Of a stretch of 64,000 bases of DNA, positions 10,463-20,524 are shown in pieces. The stretch is from positions 544,001 to 608,000 of the forward strand of contig CAWETW010000003.1 in assembly GCA_963812155.1 (NCBI GenBank). The letters run 5' to 3'. This stretch comes from Vulcanimicrobiota bacterium (GTDB taxonomy: Bacteria > Vulcanimicrobiota > Vulcanimicrobiia > Vulcanimicrobiales > Vulcanimicrobiaceae). The notes under the pieces are model-generated. The model was not told where the DNA came from. It was given only the letters and a program-made list of their open reading frames with translations, and made no database searches. Made by a program: the position numbers and the translations under genes. The first letter of the stretch is position 1; the number at the start of each line of letters is the position of its first letter.

Positions 10463-12202
10463 ATGCGCCGCGGGCTGTCACTGGGAATTCTGCTCCTCAT
10501 CACGCTCGTGGTCGTCGTCCTCTATTACGTTCCGATCGGACACGTCGACTTCGCCGAGAACTGGGGCGAGGGCACGTTCGGCATCGAACTGCCGGGGCGG
10601 ACGGCGACGGTCGTCCACGTCGATCCCGGATCGGCGGCCGATCGGGCAGGCGTTCGCGCCGGCGACCGGCTGCTCTACGAAGGCAATTACGAGACGGGCT
10701 CGCGCGTGCGCGCGCCCTATCCCGGAGAACGCGAACGGCTGACGTTCGAGCGAAATCGCTCGACGTATACGATTACGCTGACGGCCTATGCCAAGCCGGA
10801 CTTCGGCCTGCTGCAGCGGCTCGGCGGGATGCTGGCGTACGTACCGCCGACGGTCTTCTTAGTAGTGGCATTCCTCCTCGTGCTGCTGCGGCCGTCGATC
10901 ATGTCGTGGTCGTTTTACGTCTTCGCCGTCGGCTACTTCGGGACGAGCCCGGTGTTCATGTATTGGTCGCACGTGCTCGCGCCGGGGGCGTATGCGGTTC
11001 TCGTCTTCCTGTTGAGCACCGTGTTCGGCCCGTGGAGCGTGCTGCCGCTGCTGCCCTTCGTACTGCGATTTCCCAACGGCGACGCGCTGGGGTGGCGAAG
11101 CCGGATCGACCGGTTCGTGTGGGCGTTTCTTGCGCTGGCGTACGTTCTCTACGTCGTCGAATGGCGCGGCTTTTCAACGGCCGGATCGCTTCCGGCGTGG
11201 GACGTCTTTCCGAGCACGATTATTCCTCTGGCGGGATTCGCTTTCGCCGGCTTGATCTTGGCGAAAAATCTCGCAACCGCGACACCGGCCGACCGGCAGC
11301 GGTTCGCGTTCGTGGCGTTGGGCACGTTCGTGTCCTTCGTTGCGTACGCAATCTACTACGTTCCCGGCGTGCCGTTCGCCGCCGGACAGGTCGTGGGTTT
11401 CGCCGTCGTGCTGATGCCCATCTGCATTGCGTATGCCGTCTTTCGTTTGCGCGTTCTCGACGTCAACTTCGTTCTGAATCGCGCGCTGGTCTACGGGACG
11501 CTCTCGGTGGGAGTCATCGCGCTCATCTCGATCTTGGATTGGTTCTTTTCCCGGGTCGTCGCGATCGGCCGGCTTGCGCTCGGGTTCGAGTTATTGGCGA
11601 CGATCGCCGTCGGATTTTTGCTCGATCGCATCAATCGCATGGTGGAGTCGTTCGTCGAAGCGCTGTTCTTTCGCGGGCGCCGGCAGGCCGAGCGGCACCT
11701 GCGCCGTGCCGCGGCAGCGCTGCCGTATGCTACCGACGAAGCGGCGATCGTCGACGGCCTGGTACAGATTCCGGCGGACGCAATGGAACTCGCCGCCGCC
11801 GCGCTCTACCGGCGATCCGAAAACGGCGAGCGCTTCGAAGGCGTTGCAACGGCCAGCCAAACGACGATGGCGCCCTCCGGTTTCGACGCGAACGATCTGT
11901 TGGTGCGAATGCTGCGATCCGAAGAGACGGTCATCTGGCTCGACGATCTGCGCTCGCATCTCGATCCGCAAAACGCTGCGATGTATACGCTGGCCGTTCC
12001 GGTGACGGTGCGTCACGAACTCATCAGTTTCACGCTCTACGGTACGCACGCCAACGGAGCGCAACTCGATCCCGAAGAGGTCGCACTGCTGGAAGAACTC
12101 GCGCGCGAGGCCGCTCGGGCCTACGATCACGTCGAGGCGCAGCGCGCTCGCGCACGCTACAATCAGCTGGTTGCGCTGCATTCGCCGCACGCCGCATCGT
12201 AA
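10463..12202 (+). CDS. PDZ-domain multi-pass membrane protein with C-terminal GAF-like domain
   Basis: VVHVDPGSAADRAGVRAGDRL (PDZ); many hydrophobic helices; LAVPVTVRHELISFTLYG..LDPEEVALLEELAREAARA. Confidence 0.8.
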   Translation: MRRGLSLGILLLITLVVVVLYYVPIGHVDFAENWGEGTFGIELPGRTATVVHVDPGSAADRAGVRAGDRLLYEGNYETGSRVRAPYPGERERLTFERNRSTYTITLTAYAKPDFGLLQRLGGMLAYVPPTVFLVVAFLLVLLRPSIMSWSFYVFAVGYFGTSPVFMYWSHVLAPGAYAVLVFLLSTVFGPWSVLPLLPFVLRFPNGDALGWRSRIDRFVWAFLALAYVLYVVEWRGFSTAGSLPAWDVFPSTIIPLAGFAFAGLILAKNLATATPADRQRFAFVALGTFVSFVAYAIYYVPGVPFAAGQVVGFAVVLMPICIAYAVFRLRVLDVNFVLNRALVYGTLSVGVIALISILDWFFSRVVAIGRLALGFELLATIAVGFLLDRINRMVESFVEALFFRGRRQAERHLRRAAAALPYATDEAAIVDGLVQIPADAMELAAAALYRRSENGERFEGVATASQTTMAPSGFDANDLLVRMLRSEETVIWLDDLRSHLDPQNAAMYTLAVPVTVRHELISFTLYGTHANGAQLDPEEVALLEELAREAARAYDHVEAQRARARYNQLVALHSPHAAS

Positions 12203-12271
12203 CGCTCCGGTGGCGGGAGGTTACCGTTGCGCTCGGAAATATGCGATCATCGTCTCGTTGGAGGTTCGCTT

Positions 12272-12991
12272 ATGAAGAAACGCTGGCCGGCGCTCGCCGG
12301 AGCGGCGCTGTGTTTCGGGTTTCTCGCCCCGCTTAGCGCCGAAGAGCCGGCGCACGTGACGTACGCCCCGGCGCCCCCCGGTACGTTGATGCAAAATCAG
12401 CTCGTCTATCTGACGGGCGAGGCGATGCACTCGCAGTGGCGCGCCGTTGCGAGCAAGCAACTGATCGGCCAGGGTAACGGAACGAGCTTCTATCAGTGGT
12501 ATTTGTCGATCTACGCGATCGACGGCACGGCGTATCGTTTGAAGTACCAGTCGCCGGCGAACGGCGGCCCGCTCTCGAAGGTGACGCAGGCGTCCGGCGG
12601 CGCGAAGATGTGGTTTCCGGTGCAGACGCTGCAAATCGCGGGCATCGGCGAATTCGAGAAGGCCGGCGTGCAGCAACTGGTCGTGTCGTCGCACGAAATG
12701 GCCGCGGACTGCGGAAGCGCAATCGTGACCGTCTTGACCTCGAGCGCAAACGGCGCCGTCGTCCCGGCCGTCAGCGTGCGCAACGGCTGCGCGCTGAAAG
12801 CGACGATCACGCACGCAAACACGCCTGGAGCGCGCGACGCGATCGTTCTGAGCGGTCCCTACTACAACTCGACGGCGCCGATGTGCTGTCCGACGAAGCC
12901 GAAGGCCGCGGCGGTGCTCAGCTACCGTAACGGCAGGTGGACGGAAACGCCCAAGTACTTCCCGTTTTACGCCGGAAAATTTCCACCGTAA
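12272..12991 (+). CDS. Hypothetical secreted Cys-containing protein with LppP/LprE-like C-terminus
   Basis: SD GGAGG; signal peptide MKKRWPALAGAALCFGFLAPLSA; YYNSTAPMCCPT. Confidence 0.7.
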   Translation: MKKRWPALAGAALCFGFLAPLSAEEPAHVTYAPAPPGTLMQNQLVYLTGEAMHSQWRAVASKQLIGQGNGTSFYQWYLSIYAIDGTAYRLKYQSPANGGPLSKVTQASGGAKMWFPVQTLQIAGIGEFEKAGVQQLVVSSHEMAADCGSAIVTVLTSSANGAVVPAVSVRNGCALKATITHANTPGARDAIVLSGPYYNSTAPMCCPTKPKAAAVLSYRNGRWTETPKYFPFYAGKFPP

Positions 12992-13024
12992 CGTCGACAC
13001 GATAAGAGGAGAATTCTCATTCCC

Positions 13025-14200
13025 ATGCGTTGGCCCATCGTTACCATGGCTGCATTTTCACTCGTCGCGTGCGGAGGTCCGAATGCCGTAACGCCGCGCG
13101 GACCGGTTGCAGCGATGCAAGCGAGACCGGATCAGAGCAATTTTCACGTGCTCTACAACTTCAAGGGTCAGCCCGACGGTTCGGAGCCCGGCCACGGGCC
13201 GCTCGTCGTGCTCGACGGCAACTTGTACGGAACGACGCGATACGGCGGCACCCACGGCCGGGGAACCGTCTTTGAAATCAAACCCGACGGCAGCGAGAAG
13301 GTCGTCTACAGTTTCGCCGGCGGAAAGGGCGACGGCAGCAATCCGAGGGCGGGGCTCGTTGCGCTCGACGGCGCGCTCTACGGCACGACCGAAAACGCCG
13401 GTTCGGGCGGAGCCGGGTACGGCACCGCTTTCGAGGTTACGACGGCCGGGACAGAGCGCGTCATTTACAACTTCGACGGCTATACGGGCGCCTATCCGCA
13501 CTCAGCATTATTCGTTGACGCCGGCGTCCTGTACGGAACGACCCTCAACTACGGCAAGGAGTTCGACGGCACGCTCTTCGCACTCACCACTGCGGGACAA
13601 CTCAAAGTGCTCTACGCGTTCGGACGAAAGGGCGCCGGTGCGAAACCCTACGCGGGTCCGCAGTTTTTTGGCGGCCAGATCTACGGCTCGACGCTCTTCG
13701 GACCCGCCGACGAAGATTTAAGCGGGCTGGTCTACAAGCAATCGGTCACCGGCAGGCCGCGCTGGCTGCACAAGTTCGGCCTCAAGCCGGGTGACGGCGC
13801 AATGCCGCACGGCAGGCTCGCGATGCTCGGTGGCGTCCTGTACGGAACGACGGATAAAGGCGGCAAAAAGCACGAAGGAACGATTTACAAGCTGACGACC
13901 GACGACGGCGTCGAAACGGTGCTGCACAGTTTCGAGCGCGAAACGGGATCGGGTTCCGTCGCGGGCCTCGTCGCTTATCAGGGCTCGCTCTACGGGCAAA
14001 CGGTACGCGGCGGGCATTCCGACAAGGGCGTGATTTTCAAAATTACTCCGCAAGGCGAGTATTCGGTCCTGCATCAGTTCTACGGCCCAGACGGTAACGA
14101 AGGCGTCTCGGAATTGACGGCGTGGAACGGAAAACTCTACGGCACCACGCTCAAAGGTGGAGCGCACCAGACGGGTACGGTCTTCGAAATAACGCCGTAG
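13025..14200 (+). CDS. Lipoprotein with GloVer-type tandem repeats (probable beta-propeller)
   Basis: Lipobox LVAC; about 7 repeats of LYGTTxxGG...GTVFxI...VLYxF...DGxxP. Confidence 0.85.
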   Translation: MRWPIVTMAAFSLVACGGPNAVTPRGPVAAMQARPDQSNFHVLYNFKGQPDGSEPGHGPLVVLDGNLYGTTRYGGTHGRGTVFEIKPDGSEKVVYSFAGGKGDGSNPRAGLVALDGALYGTTENAGSGGAGYGTAFEVTTAGTERVIYNFDGYTGAYPHSALFVDAGVLYGTTLNYGKEFDGTLFALTTAGQLKVLYAFGRKGAGAKPYAGPQFFGGQIYGSTLFGPADEDLSGLVYKQSVTGRPRWLHKFGLKPGDGAMPHGRLAMLGGVLYGTTDKGGKKHEGTIYKLTTDDGVETVLHSFERETGSGSVAGLVAYQGSLYGQTVRGGHSDKGVIFKITPQGEYSVLHQFYGPDGNEGVSELTAWNGKLYGTTLKGGAHQTGTVFEITP

Positions 14201-14211
14201 TTCTGCCGGCA

Positions 14212-14316
14212 CTTCGTCCTTCGACGCCGCCCGCTGCGCGGGCTTCGCTCAGGGTGACACACAATTTGGCGCGCCTCCGCTCAGGATGACACCGGGGCCT
14301 GCGCTCAGGGTGACAC
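14212..14316 (-). repeat. REP-like repeat copy 2 plus two extra tandem half-units
   Basis: CTTCGTCCTTCGAC..GCTCAGGGTGACAC, then GCTCAGGATGACAC and GCTCAGGGTGACAC. Confidence 0.8.
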
Positions 14317-14324
14317 AGGGGGCG

Positions 14325-15905
14325 TTACATGCGGAAGATGCCGAAGTGCGTGCGCGGCTGCGGCGCGTGCGCGGCGGCATCGAGGCCGATGGCGATGACG
14401 CGGCGCGTATCGAGCGGATCGATGATGCCGTCGTCCCACATGCGCGCCGTCGAATAGTAGGGGCTGCCTTCGCGATCGTACTTTTCCAGAATCGGCGCTT
14501 CGAAGGCGGCCTTTTCGTCCGGCGTCATCGAGCCTTTGACCGTCGAGAGGACGCTGGCCGCCTGCGGGCCGCCCATCACGCTGATGCGCGCGTTGGGCCA
14601 CATCCATAACTGGCGCGGCGAGTAGGCGCGTCCGCACATGCCGTAGTTTCCCGCGCCGAAACTTCCGCCGATCACGACCGTGAACTTCGGCACTTCGGCG
14701 CACGCGACGGCCATGACGAGCTTCGCGCCGTCTTTGGCGATGCCGCGGTTTTCGTACTCGCGCCCCACCATGAAGCCGGTGATATTCTGCAGGAAGAGCA
14801 GCGGCGTGCCGCGCTGCGTGCAGAGTTCGATGAAGTGCGCGCCTTTGAGCGCGCTCTCGCTGAAGAGAATCCCGTTGTTGGCGAGGATGCCGATCGGATG
14901 GCCCTCGATGCGTGCGAAACCGCAGACGAGCGTCGTGCCGTAGCGCGACTTGAACTCGTGAAAATCCGACGCGTCGACCAGCCGCGCGATCACCTCGCGC
15001 ACGTCGTAGCCGATGCGGCTGTCGGCGGGGATCACGCCGTACATGTCGCGCGCGTCGTATTTCGGCGGCTGCGGACCGCAGCGGTCCCACTGGCGCGGCA
15101 ACTCGAGGTGCAGATTTGCGACGATCTCCCGCACGAGCGCAAGCGCGTGGACGTCGTCGTCGGCGAGGTGGTCGGCGACGCCCGATACGCGCGTATGCAC
15201 GTCGCCCCCGCCGAGATCTTCGGCGCTCACCTCTTCGCCCGTGGCGGCTTTGACCAGGGGCGGCCCGCCGAGGAAAATCGTTCCGTTGCCTTTGACGATC
15301 ACCGTTTCGTCGCTCATCGCCGGCACGTAGGCGCCGCCGGCCGTGCACGATCCCATGACGGCGGCGATCTGCGGAATGCGTTTACCCGACATGCGCGCTT
15401 GATTGTAGAAGATTCTTCCGAAGTGCTCGCGGTCGGGAAACACGTCGGCCTGCAACGGCAAGAACGCGCCGCCGGAATCGACCAAATAGATGCACGGCAG
15501 ATGGTTTTGCTCGGCGATTTCCTGCGCGCGCAAATGCTTCTTTACCGTCATTGGATAGTAGGTGCCGCCTTTGACGGTGGCATCGTTGGCGACGACGACG
15601 CAGTGCTGCCCTTCAACGATGCCGATGCCCGTGACCATGCCGGCCGACGGTGAATCGCCGGCATACATGTCCGTGGCGGCGAGTGCGGAGAATTCGAGAA
15701 AGCCCGACCCCGCGTCGACCAGCCGTTCGATGCGTTCGCGTGCGGTCAGTTTGTTGCGTTTGCGATGTTTCGCGATCGCCTCTTCGCCGCCGCCGGCGCG
15801 AACCGCGGCCAGACGATCGCGCAACTGCGCGACCAAGCCGCGCATCCGTTCCGCGTTGCGTTCGAAACTTTCGGATCGGTCGAGTCGCGATTCCAGCAGA
15901 GCCAT
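14325..15905 (-). CDS. liuB: Methylcrotonyl-CoA carboxylase beta subunit (carboxyltransferase)
   Basis: [51 protein letters not shown]. Confidence 0.93.
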   Translation of the reverse strand: MALLESRLDRSESFERNAERMRGLVAQLRDRLAAVRAGGGEEAIAKHRKRNKLTARERIERLVDAGSGFLEFSALAATDMYAGDSPSAGMVTGIGIVEGQHCVVVANDATVKGGTYYPMTVKKHLRAQEIAEQNHLPCIYLVDSGGAFLPLQADVFPDREHFGRIFYNQARMSGKRIPQIAAVMGSCTAGGAYVPAMSDETVIVKGNGTIFLGGPPLVKAATGEEVSAEDLGGGDVHTRVSGVADHLADDDVHALALVREIVANLHLELPRQWDRCGPQPPKYDARDMYGVIPADSRIGYDVREVIARLVDASDFHEFKSRYGTTLVCGFARIEGHPIGILANNGILFSESALKGAHFIELCTQRGTPLLFLQNITGFMVGREYENRGIAKDGAKLVMAVACAEVPKFTVVIGGSFGAGNYGMCGRAYSPRQLWMWPNARISVMGGPQAASVLSTVKGSMTPDEKAAFEAPILEKYDREGSPYYSTARMWDDGIIDPLDTRRVIAIGLDAAAHAPQPRTHFGIFRM

Positions 15906-16035
15906 CGGCGGCGCCATTCGTCGCTTGGCTGCCTCGTTCCGGCGAGCCGGCGGCCGATGCGCCACGCATGAAGCGCCGGTTAGATATCGCCGGGATGCGT
16001 GCCCGCGGCTCGCGCAGCGATGTATACTGTCGGAA

Positions 16036-17523
16036 ATGGCAGCGGCAGCACAATCGGCCGTCGATTTCGGCGGTATTCGTCGTCCTCAAGGGCAGCTGGC
16101 GACGGCAGCGGCGCTCGATGCCTATCCGGGGCCGCTCAACGAGCGCTCGGCCGCGCACCTGTTGCGCCGGGCCGGCTTCGGAGGAACTCCCGAAGACGTG
16201 CGCCGCTATGCGGGTATGAGCGTGAACGCCGCAGTCGAATCGCTCGTGCGCTTTCCTGCTAAGGCCGAGACGCCTCCGGCCGACGATACGTTCAGTCCGG
16301 TCGGCGAACTTTCGCAGTACGGTCCGCGCGGATTGCGTGACCTGCCCGACGATCAGCGCCGCGAGATCAATCGCAAGATCAAGCGCGAAGACAACCGTTC
16401 GTTTCGCGGGCTCCAGTTGTGGTGGCTCAACCGCATGCTCTCGACGCAGGCGCCGCTGCAGGAGAAGATGGCCTTCTATTTCCACGGCCACTTTACGACC
16501 GCCGGCTTGCGCAAAGGCATCTCCGCGGCGATGGTCTACAATCAGAATGCGCTGTTTCGCAGTTACGCGCTGGGAAATCTGCGCGAGCTGACCCGCAACG
16601 TTTCCAAAGACCCGGCGATGCTCGTCTATCTCGACGGCGCTTCCAACCTCGCCGCGCATCCCAACGAAAACTACGCGCGCGAACTGATGGAACTCTTTAC
16701 GCTCGGCGTCGACAACTACAGCGAGGACGACGTGCGCAACTCGGCGCGCGCCTGGACCGGCTGGCGCTACAGCCGTTTTACCGAGGAAGCGAAATTCATG
16801 CCGGCGTTTCACGACGACGGCGTCAAGACGTTCCTCGGCCGCACGGGAAACTTCACCGGCGACGATATCGTCAACATCATCTTCGAACAGCCGCAGTGCG
16901 CGCGCTTTTTCGCAACCAGCTTGCTTGGAACGTTCGTCTACAACGATCCGGAACCGCAACTGGTCGGCGAAGTCGCGCAGCTGTTGCGCCGTCACGACTT
17001 CGAACTCCAGCCGGTGATGTCGGCGCTGCTGCGCAGCAACGTCTTTTATTCGGAACGCGCCTATCGCGCGATCGTGAAATCGCCGGTCGAGTTCGTCGTC
17101 GGCACGTACAAGGCGCTGGGCGTACCGCAGATGGACGCCGCCGTGCTCCTCTCGCTGCGCGCGATGGGACAGGAACTCTTCTATCCGCCCAACGTCGCGG
17201 GCTGGCCGGGCGGCGAAAACTGGCTCACCAGCGACACGATGATCGCGCGGCAAAACTTTCTCAAACGCGCGGTCAACTCGCAGACCATCGGCCAGTCGTC
17301 GTGGCTTCGCGGCATGCCGATGCAGCCGAAGGCGGTCGCCGAATCCCTCTCCGGATCCGTGCTGCAAGGCGACGCGGCGCCGGCCTCGATGTATAAACTG
17401 GACGGCTACCTTGGAGGCGCGGGCACGTCGGCACTGGCGGCTCTTTCGCCGGAGAACTACGACGAACGCGTCAGCGGCGCGGCCTATCTCACGATGGCCA
17501 TGCCGGCGTATCAGTTGAGCTGA
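16036..17523 (+). CDS. DUF1800 family protein
   Basis: [50 protein letters not shown]. Confidence 0.9.
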   Translation: MAAAAQSAVDFGGIRRPQGQLATAAALDAYPGPLNERSAAHLLRRAGFGGTPEDVRRYAGMSVNAAVESLVRFPAKAETPPADDTFSPVGELSQYGPRGLRDLPDDQRREINRKIKREDNRSFRGLQLWWLNRMLSTQAPLQEKMAFYFHGHFTTAGLRKGISAAMVYNQNALFRSYALGNLRELTRNVSKDPAMLVYLDGASNLAAHPNENYARELMELFTLGVDNYSEDDVRNSARAWTGWRYSRFTEEAKFMPAFHDDGVKTFLGRTGNFTGDDIVNIIFEQPQCARFFATSLLGTFVYNDPEPQLVGEVAQLLRRHDFELQPVMSALLRSNVFYSERAYRAIVKSPVEFVVGTYKALGVPQMDAAVLLSLRAMGQELFYPPNVAGWPGGENWLTSDTMIARQNFLKRAVNSQTIGQSSWLRGMPMQPKAVAESLSGSVLQGDAAPASMYKLDGYLGGAGTSALAALSPENYDERVSGAAYLTMAMPAYQLS

Positions 17524-17541
17524 AGGCGCGAGAAACGAAAT

Positions 17542-18762
17542 ATGAGACGCTCCAACTTTCTCCTCGGAACGGTTTCGGGACTGGCGGTCGTTGCGAGCAG
17601 CGATCACGTCTTCGCGCAGGCGCTCGCGCAGTCGCCGTTGCCGGGTCTGCCCGGCTCGCACAATCGCTGTCTGGTGCTGGTCAATCTCAACGGCGGCAAC
17701 GACGGTCTGAACTGCATCGTGCCGCACGGCGACGCGCAATACTATCGCCTGCGGCCGTCGTTGGCGATTGCGCAAAACGACGTGCTCTCGATCAACGCGC
17801 AGCTGGGATTCAACCCGCGCATGCGCTCGTTGAAAGGGATGTACGACAAGGGGATGGTCGCCGTCGTGCAAGGCGTCGGATATCCCAATGCCGACCACTC
17901 GCACTTCCGTTCCAGCGAGATCTGGCAGACCGGCGTTCCGGATAAGTACGAACACACCGGCTGGATCGGCCGCTACCTCGACGACGCCGGTTTGCCGGAC
18001 GGCGACCTCTTCAAAGGCGTCGCCCTCTCACAAGTGCTGCCGGAGGTCCTGGTCGCCAATAAAACCGACGTGCCGGCCATTTCGAACCTCGGACAATACG
18101 GCCTCATCGCGGATCGAGATCCGATGGCCCGGACGGCCTTTGCGCAGCAGGCGCGCGACAAGCGTCTACCGTTCACGTCGCCGTATCTGGCGCACGTCAT
18201 GCAGATCGAAGACCACGCCCAGCGCACGTCGGAAGAACTCCCGAAGCTCATCGCGGGCTACAAGGCGCAGGCGTCGTATCCCGCCACGCCGATCGGACGC
18301 AGCCTTGCACTGGCGGCGCAGATCGTCGGCAGCAACATCGGCACCAAGGTGCTCTACGTTTCGCACGGCTCGTTCGACACGCACGTCAGTCAAGTCGCCA
18401 CGCAGAACAATCTGCTCGGGCAACTTTCCGATGCGCTGTCGGCGTTCTACACCGATCTCGCGGCGCACGGAAACGACAAGCGCGTCTTGACGATGACCTT
18501 TAGCGAATTCGGACGCCGCGCCGCCGAAAATGCGGCCCGCGGCACCGATCACGGCGAGGCCTCGCCGCTGTTCCTCATCGGCGGTAGCGTCAAGGGCGGA
18601 ATCTACGGCAAAATGCCGGACCTCGGCAATACCAACATGGGGAACGTCGCGTTCACCACCGACTTCCGCAGCGTCTACGCGACCGTGCTCGAGCGCTGGC
18701 TCGGCCGCCCCTCGCAGGCCGTGCTCGGCGGTTCGTTCTCGAAGCTCGCCGTTTTGAGCTGA
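17542..18762 (+). CDS. DUF1501 family protein with Tat signal
   Basis: MRRSNFL; GGNDGLN; SHFRSSEIWQT; SEFGRR..GTDHG. Confidence 0.9.
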   Translation: MRRSNFLLGTVSGLAVVASSDHVFAQALAQSPLPGLPGSHNRCLVLVNLNGGNDGLNCIVPHGDAQYYRLRPSLAIAQNDVLSINAQLGFNPRMRSLKGMYDKGMVAVVQGVGYPNADHSHFRSSEIWQTGVPDKYEHTGWIGRYLDDAGLPDGDLFKGVALSQVLPEVLVANKTDVPAISNLGQYGLIADRDPMARTAFAQQARDKRLPFTSPYLAHVMQIEDHAQRTSEELPKLIAGYKAQASYPATPIGRSLALAAQIVGSNIGTKVLYVSHGSFDTHVSQVATQNNLLGQLSDALSAFYTDLAAHGNDKRVLTMTFSEFGRRAAENAARGTDHGEASPLFLIGGSVKGGIYGKMPDLGNTNMGNVAFTTDFRSVYATVLERWLGRPSQAVLGGSFSKLAVLS

Positions 18763-18763
18763 C

Positions 18764-18811
18764 CTTCGTCCTTCGACTGCGCGCCTGCGGCGCTCCGCTC
18801 AGGATGACACA
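18764..18811 (-). repeat. REP-like repeat copy 3
   Basis: CTTCGTCCTTCGAC-GCGCCTGCGGCGC-GCTCAGGATGACAC. Confidence 0.8.
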
Positions 18812-18860
18812 TTGGGGGGCCACACAGGGCTAGGTTTGCGGGCGGTGCAAGGTACCCGGC

Positions 18861-19277
18861 ATGGCTGCGAGCGCGCCCCGCGTCGTCTCGTTCGGGAAAA
18901 CCGGCGAGTCGGGACTTCCACCCAAGGGAACGCCGAAAAACTACTTGAGGGCGTGGCTTCTCGTGATGCTTGCCGAGAAGAATCTGCACGGCTATGAAAT
19001 CACCAAAGACCTCAACGAGAAGTTCGAAGTAATCACCGATGCGGGAACGGTGTATCGCGCGCTGCGCCAACTCGAACGCGACGGCTCCATCTCCTCGTGG
19101 TGGAATCCCGCCGAACAAGGTCCGCCGCGCCGCCTCTACGCGTTGACGCCGCAGGGCACCGCCGCGCTGCGGCGCTGGAGCGAAGCGCTCGAGCAATACC
19201 GCGCGAACTTAGAGACGTTCTTCGCACTCTATCAGCGCCGCAACGGCTCGACGTCGAGCGGAAAGAAAGGCGCCTGA
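18861..19277 (+). CDS. PadR family transcriptional regulator
   Basis: HGYEI, GTVYRALRQLERDG, GPPRRLYALTPQG. Confidence 0.9.
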   Translation: MAASAPRVVSFGKTGESGLPPKGTPKNYLRAWLLVMLAEKNLHGYEITKDLNEKFEVITDAGTVYRALRQLERDGSISSWWNPAEQGPPRRLYALTPQGTAALRRWSEALEQYRANLETFFALYQRRNGSTSSGKKGA

Positions 19278-20080
19278 ACCGGCTGCCCACCTCGGTGCTC
19301 TTCCTCGGCAGCGGCGGCGCACGCTTCGTCGTCGCGCGCCAGTTTCGAGCGTCGGGCGGCATGTGGATGCGCTTCGGCGAGACGCAGATTCACGTCGATC
19401 CGGGGCCGGGTGCGCTCGTCCGCGCCCTCAGCCACGTGCCGCCGTGCAATCCACGCGAACTCGACGCGATCGTGCTTTCGCACAAGCATCTCGACCATTC
19501 CAGCGACGTCAACACGATGGTCGAGGCGATGACCTCGGGCGGATTCCGTCCGCGCGGTACGCTGCTCGCGCCCGGCGACGCCTTCGATCACGAACCGGTC
19601 GTCTTGCCGTACGTCCGGCGTTTCGTCGAAAACATCGAGCGGCTGGAGCCGAGCGCGGGCCCCTATCGCATCGGCGGCGTCGATCTGCGTACGTCGCGCG
19701 CGCACGTGCACGCCGTGCAGACCTACGGCCTGCATTTCGAGTACGGCGGCCTGCGAGTCGCGTATCTGCCCTGCGGACGTTTCTTCGAAGAGCTGGGCGC
19801 CGACTACGCGCGCCTGCGGCCCAACGTGCTGATCGTGAACGTGCTGCGCTTCCGCGACGCGATGAGGGTCGATCATCTCGCGTGGGACGATGCGTGCCGC
19901 GTCGTCGCCGAAGTCCGTCCGCAAGTGGCCGTCTTCCAGCACTTCGGCACGAAGATGCTCGAGGCCGATCCCCACCGGCTCGCGCAGTCGCTCGAAGACA
20001 AACTCGGCCTGCGCGCAATCGCTGCCTACGATGGTTTCACGCTCGACGTCGACACCGAGGTCGCGGCGGTTGCCGGTTGA
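19274..20080 (+). CDS. MBL-fold metallo-hydrolase; apparent CTG start overlapping the padR stop
   Basis: FLGSGGAR, VDPGPGAL, SHKHLDH (HxHxDH); CTGA overlap. Confidence 0.82.
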   Translation: MNRLPTSVLFLGSGGARFVVARQFRASGGMWMRFGETQIHVDPGPGALVRALSHVPPCNPRELDAIVLSHKHLDHSSDVNTMVEAMTSGGFRPRGTLLAPGDAFDHEPVVLPYVRRFVENIERLEPSAGPYRIGGVDLRTSRAHVHAVQTYGLHFEYGGLRVAYLPCGRFFEELGADYARLRPNVLIVNVLRFRDAMRVDHLAWDDACRVVAEVRPQVAVFQHFGTKMLEADPHRLAQSLEDKLGLRAIAAYDGFTLDVDTEVAAVAG

Positions 20081-20495
20081 AATCGAGCGCGTTCGTTCGG
20101 ACGACGTTTCGGATTTCTACCGCAGGCTCGAGCGCGAAGCGTTGCGGGCGCTCTACGATTTCTCGGTCGTCTGGCACGAGCAGGTCGAAGAGTTCGCCGC
20201 GACCGATGCCGGGGCGATCGTCGCCGCCGCGACGATTCGCATCGCCGCGTCGCTGGCGCACGTCGAGCGGATCGTCGTCGCACCCGAACGGCGCTGCAAC
20301 GGCATTGGCCGTCGCTTGCTGGACGCGGCGGCCGACGTCGCGAACTATTACAACTGCCACAAAATGAGCGCGCTGGTCCCGCACGAAAGCGCGGCGCAGC
20401 GATTCTTCGAAGCGTGCGGCTACCGCGAGGAAGCGGTGCTCGCGCAGCACACGTTCAAGCTCGACGTCGCGGTGCTGCGGAAGTTCCTACTGTAA
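20070..20495 (+). CDS. GNAT family N-acetyltransferase
   Basis: VVAPERRCNGIGRRLL; AQRFFEACGY; TTG start inferred. Confidence 0.8.
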   Translation: MPVEIERVRSDDVSDFYRRLEREALRALYDFSVVWHEQVEEFAATDAGAIVAAATIRIAASLAHVERIVVAPERRCNGIGRRLLDAAADVANYYNCHKMSALVPHESAAQRFFEACGYREEAVLAQHTFKLDVAVLRKFLL

Positions 20496-20524
20496 CGCCA
20501 ACGGCGTGGCGCACGATGACGTGG

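Noticed and set aside
14212..14316. Tandem GCTCAGG(A/G)TGACAC units as a mini CRISPR array
   Set aside because: Units are short and irregularly spaced, match the dispersed REP family, and no cas genes are present.
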